Part shown: one piece after another, positions 55,866 through 64,000 of the stretch
How the letters are laid out: each line of letters begins with the position of its first letter
How positions within the stretch are numbered: position 1 is the first letter of the stretch
Origin: Naegleria gruberi
Lineage: Eukaryota
Reading direction: 5' to 3' (one strand)
DNA length: 64,000 nt
Assembly: GCA_000004985.1 (NCBI GenBank)
Contig: GG738862.1
Position numbers and translations under genes: made by a program
The notes under the pieces: generated by a model
Told to the model about the DNA's origin: nothing
Databases searched by the model: none
The model's input: the letters and a program-made list of their open reading frames with translations, nothing else

Positions 55866-57009
55866 TTAATCATCATTATCACCAAAGTACATTTTCCAAG
55901 TTGGATCTAACCAATAACAACCTGGACAATTGAGTGGAATTAATCCATAAAAAACTGGGAAGAAGATTGCAAAGTAAATAATTAATAAAACAGCAGCAAC
56001 AGCTCTAGAAGCAATAACGGTGAATTTAACCCATTTCTTTTCTAATTCTGGTTTTTGTTTTCTTGCACATAACATGATACCTGTCAAGAATCCACAAACA
56101 AAACCTCCAATATGTGCAAATTGGTCAACTGTAGGCAATAACCCAATTACAAAGAATATAAGCAATTGCATAATAACACTAAATAATGATTTGAAAGGAT
56201 TAAACACGACATCCCAATTTAAAATTAATTCTGACAGAGATGCTGAAATAATTCCAACAATACATGAAGTTGAACCAGTAGAAATTAAATCAAAACTGAA
56301 AACACTACTCAATAAACCACCTCCAATTCCAGAAATCATGTAAATGATGAACATTCTAGGTGCAGTCCAAACTCCTTCAATTTTACGAACTGTTGTTAAT
56401 AACCACATTAAATTGAAAAGTAAAATTAAAACACTCTGATGGATAAACATGAAAACTAAAAATCTCCAAAATTGAGTTCCATCACTTTTCATTAAATCAT
56501 TCTTCTTAGCTCCAAATTTAATGACAATTTCTTCCTTTGGACCAATCATTGGATTATTCTAAACTAGTTTCGAATACAAAAATTATTATAAATTATAAAC
56601 CTACCAATGGATCATCAATACCATTTCCAACAATACACATTGCAATAAATATAGTAATTTCAGCAATTGATGATAAACAAGTCCAATATGGAAATGTCAT
56701 TAATCGATGTGTCATTCCTTTTTCTTTCTTTTTCAATTGATCCTCCTCATTTGTAGCTTTTGTTTTTCCCTGACCTAAATCCATCGGATCCTCCAAATTA
56801 GGATCTTCTTTTGTATCATAATCCACAGCAACTGTTGCTCTTCTCTGTTGAACAATAGAATTTTGTGAAAATGTTTTCATTTCATAGGCATTTGTATGAT
56901 TGGTTGTTGTTGTTATGGCATCATCATCAATTTCATCAATATATCGTTCCGTAAAATTGTTTTTATCATATCCTGATCCTAATTGTTGTGGAGGTGGTGG
57001 TTGACTCAT
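55866..57009 (-). CDS. Rhomboid-family intramembrane protease-like protein. Two exons: 56605..57009 and 55866..56558.
   Basis: Exon 1 supplies TM1 (FPYWTCLSSIAEITIFIAMCIV). The 46-nt intron 56559..56604 (gtaggt...tttag) is in phase 0. Exon 2 has the L1 WR motif (GTQFWRF), the TM2 HxxxxN motif (FIHQSVLILLFN) and the TM6 AHIGGFVCG motif. The expected TM4 GxSG reads GSTS. Confidence 0.65.
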
Positions 57010-57557
57010 TTTTTTTTATGAATTTTGATGAAGGATGACATTTACAATGTGTCAACAAGAGTTGTTTATGGCGTACTTGGAATGTGGAAGGAATTATGTT
57101 CCAATTAGAGAACTCTTTAAATTATTAAAAAAATGTTTCAAAAGCTTTAATAACAATCACTACAAATCTAGGGTGAAAAATAGCTTTTTAGCTTGGTCAA
57201 TAGAATTTTCGCTGGAGGGGCGGATCCACTCGACAAATTGTCGACCGCTCTCTATGGTTTTGAGATTGTTCTAAGTTCGCTATTTTCAAAACTCTTGCAA
57301 AATTAATTTGTAGTGTTAATACTATTATCAACTAACTTTGTTTATTAAGGTCCATTCCAATTCAAAAAAACATCCTCAATTCCATATTACTTCCAAAACA
57401 GTAAACGGAAAATTGCAAAAAATCTCTTAATGATAATACCAAAAAACCACTGAACAACAACAACAGTAAAACGATTCTTACGTACATGGAACATTAAAAT
57501 CATTTCATCATTCACTACTACATCTCTCTTCATCTCTTCATCTATTTAAAAAATATA

Positions 57558-60420
57558 ATGACAACACTCATCACAGGACTATTTTCTGGTATGAATAATG
57601 CCACGGACTTGGCAAGTGGTGCAATTGATGTTGTTGTGGTGGAACAACCTGATGGTTCCTATAAATGTACTCCTTTTCATGTTAGGTTCGGAAGATTGAA
57701 AGTTTTGAGATCAAAGGAAAAAGTGATTAGAATTATGATTAATGATAAATTAACGGAATTGTGTATGAAAATTGGAGAGGCAGGAGAAGCCTATTTTGTT
57801 CATGAAGCAAATGTTAGTTATTGAAATATTTATAATATTTAATTTAATATTTAATTAATTATTTAGGGACCAGTTGATCGTGATTTAGTTTGTAGTCCAA
57901 TTGATGATGTAGGAATAGGATCATCGATATTTAGTCCATCAGATAAATCATTAACTAGTAATACAATGAATAATGAAATTAGCCTAGTAGGAGTTGATTC
58001 TTTCACCAGCCTTGATCAATCATCATCATTACCTTCATCTTCTAGTACTTCTTCGCTATTAACTCTATCACTTCAATCTCCTAATAATAATAATATCAAC
58101 AACAACAACAATACAACTACCACATCTAATACTAGTAGTATTAATAATAATGGAGTTGCAATGACCTCTACAACAACAATGGACCAAGCCTATTTCAAAC
58201 CAATTAGACAAACATCTCCAGTTGGATCTCCAAACTTGACTGTTTCTCCAATTATGAATTCGCCATATCTGCATCCAACTGTTGGAAATACTTTTGATAT
58301 TGATGAGGAAATTATTCATGAAAAGTTCATTCCTATTATTAATGATAGTTTAATTCATGAAATGAGTGAATTAGATTTAGAAAGGGAAAAGAAGAGAATG
58401 GATGGTATTACTACGAGTGGAATGTTAAATGGTACACCTTCTCCTCCACCAGGTATTCCTTCCTCTTCTCTGAATAATAGTACTATCATTGATAGTAATA
58501 ATACGAGTGCAACTACTACAACTACTAATATTCCTACTACTTTAAATAATTTAACCACCAACGGTACAATTACAACTGCAACTGCAACAACAACAGATTT
58601 ATCATCAACTGCAACAAATAATGGCACAATTCCACCAAAAAAGAGTGGATGGGGATGGGCGTAAGTATTTAAATATTGTGAGATGAGAATACTAATACAT
58701 TATTATTAACAGAGGAATTTCAAGTTGGTTCGGATTCAAAACAGAAAATGATGAATTTCAAGGAATTAAAACAAAAGGAAATAATGAATTTGTGGAACAA
58801 CAATTTTTGGAAGTAATGGCAAAACATTACAATTATGATGCTGTCTCTGGAAGATATATTAATAGTCCTGTGAATTCTCCTATTAAATCAAAACCAACAA
58901 CTTTCCCAACAAGTGAATCCAGCAATAATTTAAATATTCCTAGAAATGACTCTTGTAAAAATCTAATCAGTGACACTACAACATCTGATGATGAAATTTC
59001 CTATGATCCATTCACAAGTTCAGAACACTTGGAAAATGTAAATTCTAATGAAAATGTAAAATTAAATGATGATACAACAGATGAAGAGGATGAAGATGAA
59101 GAACAAATGATAAATTATCACTCTGATAATGAAACTAATTTATCCTCTCTCAAACCATCACTTCCTCCTCATATGACTCAACGATCTACTCCAAGGAAAC
59201 ATTTTGAATTATCAGTACCAACTACTAATTGTTCTAAAAGTGCTCCAGGTTCAAGTAATTTTGATGAATTATTCCAAGAACATCAATTAACCAAAATGAA
59301 GAGATTAATTTCTCCTCCTTCACCTAAACCCAACAAGATTGAAACAAGTAATAATTCAGAATCAATTGTAGTAACGACACCACTTGAAGAAAATACTACC
59401 CCTCTCATAACTACTCCTAATTTAATAGCAATAACTCCCAATACTCAATCAAGTACTCATTTGGCAGATCCAAACCTTCAAAAAAAGAATGAAAATACAT
59501 ACTGGAAATGGTTTTGGTCTCGTCCAGGATCAGGTTCCACTAATTCTGTGTCTGCTGTCAACCCAACAACAACACAAATCAATAATGAGGTGAATAGAGT
59601 TAATAATCAACCACAAGTTTTTGATCCAACAGGAGAATTCAGAGTTTTGAAAAAGAGTTTAAAACCAACATCAGATGAGTTAAAGTCTTTAGGATTAAAG
59701 GACGGAAAGAATGAAATTAAATTTTTAGTGACGAGTAGAATTTTGGGGACTCAAGAGGTTAATGCATACATTTACTTTTGGAAATATTCAGATAAGATTG
59801 TCATTTCAGATGTAGATGGAACTATTACCAAATCAGATGCTCTTGGACATATTTTACCAATGCTTGGCCAAGATTGGTCACATAGTGGTATTGGTAAACT
59901 TTATTCTAAAATAGCAGAAAATGGATATAGAATTTTATACCTCACCTCTAGGTCTATTATTCAATCTGGAAGTACAAAGAGATATATTTTCACATTACAA
60001 CAAGAAGATGCCATGTTACCAGAAGGACCTGTTGTAATGTCTCCCGATAGACTTTTTGCAGCTCTTCATAGAGAAGTTATTTTAAAGAAACCTGAAGAAT
60101 TCAAAAAGGCAGCTCTTTCAGATGTTTTGGAATTATTCCCACAAGATTCAAATCCATTCTTTGCTGGATTTGGTAACAGAGTGAATGATCAAATTTCATA
60201 TTCATTCGTTGGAGTACCAGACCACAAGATTTTCACAATCAACCCAACAGGTTTAATTCAAGTTTATGGAATTAGTCATGATTCCTATTGGAATATTTAC
60301 AAACTTGTTGATGAAATGTTTCCAGATCTTAAACAAAAGGTTGATGAACCTTCTACGAGCGAATTTAACAGTTTTTCATTTTGGAGAATGCCAATACAAT
60401 CAGCAGCAGATTTTAAATAA
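57558..60420 (+). CDS. Lipin / phosphatidate phosphatase (N-LIP and C-LIP/LNS2 domains). Three exons: 57558..57812, 57867..58660, 58713..60420.
   Basis: The N-LIP region is [44 protein letters not shown]...GEAGEAYFV. The middle is low-complexity Asn/Thr. The C-LIP region has the catalytic [10 protein letters not shown] (DxDxT), ...[10 protein letters not shown] and [11 protein letters not shown]. Both introns (54 and 52 nt) are GT..AG and phase-consistent. Confidence 0.9.
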
Positions 60421-60610
60421 ATAATTATCATACCATGTTACAATTTACAGAGAATGTTGCAACATGGATTGTAGAAAAATTACAATGTAACAACATTCGG
60501 ATAAATGCATTCCAGGTTGTGGATGTGACATCCTAAAAGTTTGGTTGCAAGTTAGTTAACGTTGAAACAAAGTTAAAAATCTAAACAAAAAAAATAGCAA
60601 AACATCATCA

Positions 60611-61327
60611 ATGTCTCTGCACGACGATTTCACCAAGGAATTACTAATTACTGTTGGCACTTTCTTACCACTCTCCGATTTGAATAATTTTGCCAGATGT
60701 GACACTAAATTGTTGGATTTATTCTTCAATTTAACAACTGAAAAGGTGAATGCAATTGCAAAGAGAAAGAAGGAATTGAGTAAGAAGAATATTGAAAGTA
60801 GAATTGTAGCTCTCAAGGGTGAATACAGCAAGTCTGAGGACTCTAACATTCAAAAATTAATTTGGAAACCACTTGTTCTCTTCTACTTTCCAAATTATTC
60901 AACAAGTGTGAATGTGAAAAATTGGATGCATGTCATGAGGAGGAGAATTATTCATTTGGATAACAAATTTCCCAATGAATTGCCACTTTTAAAGGAAAGA
61001 ACAACAATTGCTGGATTTAATTTATTTAGAGTTGATAAGGATCGTCAATTTATTGAAAATTGTGAATGGGAATATGAATGCCCACTGAAATCAAATGCAT
61101 TTAAAGTCGTTTCACCAAATGTTAAATATTGTAAAGTGTGTAAGGAAAATGTATATGAAGTGTTTACAATGGAAGAGTTTAAATCACACGTTGAACAAGA
61201 TCATTGTGTTTCATTCTCTGAATTTTCAAGAAAGCAACAAGCTGAATTAGGTAAAAGAAAAAGAGGAAAGATTAGAGTTGTTGAAACAAATGATGACAAC
61301 TCTACACCTTCTAAAAAATTGAAATAA
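60611..61327 (+). CDS. Hypothetical protein with a C-terminal C2H2/zinc-binding-like motif, 238 aa
   Basis: ATG ORF. The C-terminus reads CKVCKENVYEVFTMEEFKSHVEQDHC. Confidence 0.5.
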   Translation: MSLHDDFTKELLITVGTFLPLSDLNNFARCDTKLLDLFFNLTTEKVNAIAKRKKELSKKNIESRIVALKGEYSKSEDSNIQKLIWKPLVLFYFPNYSTSVNVKNWMHVMRRRIIHLDNKFPNELPLLKERTTIAGFNLFRVDKDRQFIENCEWEYECPLKSNAFKVVSPNVKYCKVCKENVYEVFTMEEFKSHVEQDHCVSFSEFSRKQQAELGKRKRGKIRVVETNDDNSTPSKKLK

Positions 61328-61410
61328 AGAGTTTGTTCAAACTAACTCTAAAAAAGGGGAGCTCTTCACATTGCAAAAGTGTCAAATGTCGGTTGTTGAT
61401 TTAATAAAAA

Positions 61411-62763
61411 ATGTCACAACAAGAACTTGAAACCATTTATCGGGATGAAGATGTAGCCACCAATAATTCAATTATTGATAATTCATCATCCATTATTCAA
61501 ACAATTTTAATAGACGAAACTAAACAAGTAAACGAAAAAGAATTTAAACGAAAACTCCCAACTAAACATCATTTAAGAGGTAAACTCTTTTCCATAACAA
61601 CTAGATGGGGTAAATTAGAAATAACCCTCGATAACATATTATCCTTTCTAATAATGATTCTAACAATTATTTCAATGTTATCATTGTCAATTGCTTGTTT
61701 TTATTCTTCAATTCTTGTTGCCTATAGAGGAAATGAAGTTTATTTCCACATTACTAAATCAAATATTGAATTGAATCAATTGACTAGTTTAATGAAAATT
61801 ATGGTTGAGTATAAATTTATTGTGAGTGAAAATTTTGTAAAAAAAACGAATTCTAGTTTAATTAATTTATTGACATCACTTCAAGACATTAGTCTGGATG
61901 TTCAGAGAATTAATCAATTAGGATATTTTCCAAGTGATTTATCATTAATTGATTATGCATATCATATTATTTATACTATAGATGGTCATGTTCAATTCTT
62001 TTTAAGGAGATATAATTATTGGGGAATTGGAGATGAGGAAACTTATTCGAATGTTATGAGTCTAACAAATGATACTTTGATTTTATATGAGATGGTTCTT
62101 CAACTCGGTGATAAATATATTGGAGCTAAGGATGATTATATCAATGGACTATCCATTGCTGGATTGGTGTTAACTTTGATTTTATTAATTTTCATGATTC
62201 CTTTGAGTTTTTCAATTACTTTTAAAACTTTGATGAATAATGAGAAATTAATTGAAAAGTTGAAAAGAGTTGATGCTAAGGGAGTTAAGGAAACTATTTT
62301 GGATTCACATTTTGGACCACAATTCAAAGAATATTGTAAACAAAATAGAGAATTACGATATTTTCTGTTTTTGGAAAGATCAATTCAATTTACAGAATAT
62401 TGTGAAAATATTTACAATCTTGATCATAATACAGAACTATTTCTAGAAGATCCAAATGATATTCCAAATATTGAGAATGAAATTGACAAGTGGCAGTCCA
62501 AAAAGTGTGAAATTATCTTTGAAATCAAAACAGAATTTCTAAGCTCAAAAGGTGAACATTTTCTTGGTGAAAAACAAATTGGTGGGAAGAAAGAAATTCA
62601 AAAAGTGAAATTGGAATTCAAATCCAATCCAATGAATTTATCTGACAATTTATTAGATGAAATTGAATCGAATATTTCCATACATTTATATTCGACTTTT
62701 AAATCATTTCAATCCAAGCAAAAACAGAAAAGATCATTTTACAATATTTCAATACAACAATAA
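61411..62763 (+). CDS. Hypothetical membrane protein (two TM segments), 450 aa. It has a tandem paralog at 63446.
   Basis: RGKLFSITTRWGKLEITLDNILSFLIMILTIISMLSLSIACFYSSILVAYRGNEVYFHI aligns with the N-terminus of the ORF at 63446.. Confidence 0.55.
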   Translation: MSQQELETIYRDEDVATNNSIIDNSSSIIQTILIDETKQVNEKEFKRKLPTKHHLRGKLFSITTRWGKLEITLDNILSFLIMILTIISMLSLSIACFYSSILVAYRGNEVYFHITKSNIELNQLTSLMKIMVEYKFIVSENFVKKTNSSLINLLTSLQDISLDVQRINQLGYFPSDLSLIDYAYHIIYTIDGHVQFFLRRYNYWGIGDEETYSNVMSLTNDTLILYEMVLQLGDKYIGAKDDYINGLSIAGLVLTLILLIFMIPLSFSITFKTLMNNEKLIEKLKRVDAKGVKETILDSHFGPQFKEYCKQNRELRYFLFLERSIQFTEYCENIYNLDHNTELFLEDPNDIPNIENEIDKWQSKKCEIIFEIKTEFLSSKGEHFLGEKQIGGKKEIQKVKLEFKSNPMNLSDNLLDEIESNISIHLYSTFKSFQSKQKQKRSFYNISIQQ

Positions 62764-62784
62764 TTATAACAATTGTATTCTCAC

Positions 62785-63273
62785 CTACTTGTTAATGATT
62801 TTATAGTATTGTGCATAAGAAACATCAATTTGAAGGCTTGTTGCCCTCCTAGATTTTTGTTCTGAAACAAAATAAGTGTGGATATCAAATTTCCTTGGTC
62901 GGTAATGAAACATGAGTACACTATTAATTTCTTGCAAAGTTTCGGTATCAATTGGTGTATAGTCTAATTTGAAGGAAAATGAGCGTCTTCCAATCCTTGT
63001 ATGTTCTGTAATTTCCTTGTTAATCCGTTCTACAATCTTTAGAATTAGTTCTGAGTGTTGTTCGAATAAACTTTGCATAGCCATTTGATTGCAAATATCA
63101 CCTCTACAAATTGGGTTAGGTAAACCAGATATTTCCAATGGTTGTTCCGGGTCATTTTGATACCTGTTGTTAGATAGATATCCTAGTTGATAAATGATGA
63201 TAGTCAAAGACACCACCAGAATTATTTCTGTTAATTTCATTTTTTTAAATATTGAGCGAACGTTCGCTCTCAA
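62785..63273 (-). CDS. Hypothetical small protein with an N-terminal signal/anchor, ~150-162 aa
   Basis: Minus-strand ORF. An internal Met (MKLTEIILVVSLTIIIYQ) is followed by a hydrophobic segment. It sits between two same-family plus-strand genes. Confidence 0.4.
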   Translation of the reverse strand: MRANVRSIFKKMKLTEIILVVSLTIIIYQLGYLSNNRYQNDPEQPLEISGLPNPICRGDICNQMAMQSLFEQHSELILKIVERINKEITEHTRIGRRSFSFKLDYTPIDTETLQEINSVLMFHYRPRKFDIHTYFVSEQKSRRATSLQIDVSYAQYYKIINK

Positions 63274-63445
63274 TTTTTTAAAAATAGGTTTTCACAGTTC
63301 AAAGCAAAAATATATTCATATGTTGGGATTACAATTTATTGAACTTCAAATGATTTAGGGTAGAGAGAGTTTTTTGGAGCACTATTTCTTTTTGTGTTTC
63401 GTCCAGTTCTTTAAACGAAACTCTAATCAACACATCCAATAAAAA

Positions 63446-64000
63446 ATGTCAGCAGAACATCCACAAGTCCAAACATCAACAAATTCATTGATAGAGCTTG
63501 AAGAGAAAGCACTCTTTCATTCACCATCCACTCCATCTACTACATTTCATCAACAATTTACCACCGGAAAAGTTTCGAATAGAAAGAAACGAAATTTTAT
63601 CATCAATACGAAATATGGAAGCATAGAACTGAGTATTGAAAGAATATTATCTTTCATTGTCATGTTTATTGCTGTAATTTCACTTTTCATTCTTACAATC
63701 ATTACATTTTATGCATTCGTCTTGAGAGCATATGGTGAAACATATGTTTATTCCTATGGAACCGAATCATTAGTATATTCTAATAGATTTTCTACCTACT
63801 TAACAATAATTCTCAATTCTAATAATGTTACTATAGATAATGGATGGTTATTTAAAATCAATTATACATTCTCACATTATGAGGAATCGATAGGATTTAC
63901 AGCTCGTTACAATGCTGATTCCAGTAAATTTGGGAAAGAGAATTTACCTGTAATGGTTCTGTATTTACAGAATAGTGGAAGGGATTATCAATATTTGTAT
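63446..64000 (+). CDS. 5' part of a paralog of 61411..62763, truncated by the right window edge
   Basis: ATG at 63446. KKRNFIINTKYGSIELSIERILSFIVMFIAVISLFILTIITFYAFVLRAYGETYVY matches the paralog's N-terminal architecture. The ORF is still open at nt 64000. Confidence 0.5.
   Translation, partial: MSAEHPQVQTSTNSLIELEEKALFHSPSTPSTTFHQQFTTGKVSNRKKRNFIINTKYGSIELSIERILSFIVMFIAVISLFILTIITFYAFVLRAYGETYVYSYGTESLVYSNRFSTYLTIILNSNNVTIDNGWLFKINYTFSHYEESIGFTARYNADSSKFGKENLPVMVLYLQNSGRDYQYLY

Noticed and set aside
57035-57274. 79-aa ORF and a near-palindrome (cgacaaattgtcg) in the rhomboid/lipin divergent promoter
   Set aside because: The ORF has no supporting features and sits in a 550-bp bidirectional promoter. 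The palindrome is imperfect and unique in the window.

Overview
This is AT-rich (about 75% A+T) eukaryotic nuclear DNA, not a prokaryotic locus. The gene style matches dictyostelid social amoebae (Dictyostelium-like): compact genes on both strands, about one per 1.5-2 kb. Introns are very short and AT-rich (40-200 nt, GTAAGT/GTATGT...AG), and coding regions are rich in Asn/Gln/Thr low-complexity runs. There are three tRNA genes (two are identical tRNA-Lys genes in inverted orientation). I see no operons, CRISPR arrays or rRNA. I call about 40 protein-coding genes. Those with recognisable products are the RING-box protein Rbx1, a lipin (N-LIP plus DxDxT C-LIP) and an RNase T2 with the classic FTIHGLWP/HGTC motifs. 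Also recognisable are an M14 zinc carboxypeptidase, a bZIP factor, a Myb (SANT) protein, a PP6 regulatory subunit (SAPS domain), a rhomboid-like protease, an RCC1-repeat protein and a Ser/Thr kinase. Four F-box proteins and one non-F-box LRR protein are present. Two gene families occur as paralog pairs: DUF4116-type repeat proteins, and proteins with a signal peptide, ectodomain, seven TM helices and a C-terminal RGS domain. Most unusual is a minus-strand gene at 5300-6436 for a signal-peptide-bearing, protamine-like, Cys-punctuated Arg/Lys tandem-repeat protein, written in the codon dialect of highly expressed genes. Other points worth a second look are a 263-bp GC-rich island bounded by 17-bp direct repeats just downstream of a tRNA-Lys gene (a TRE3/RED-type retroelement remnant or a Pol III ncRNA) and a MYND zinc-finger gene broken by a 1-nt homopolymer frameshift. 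The remaining items are a rhomboid whose catalytic GxSG appears to read GSTS, a decayed copy of a gene 3' end, and a diverged inverted duplication of a small exon. Every identification is by eye from motifs. I could not run homology searches, so all product names are hypotheses.
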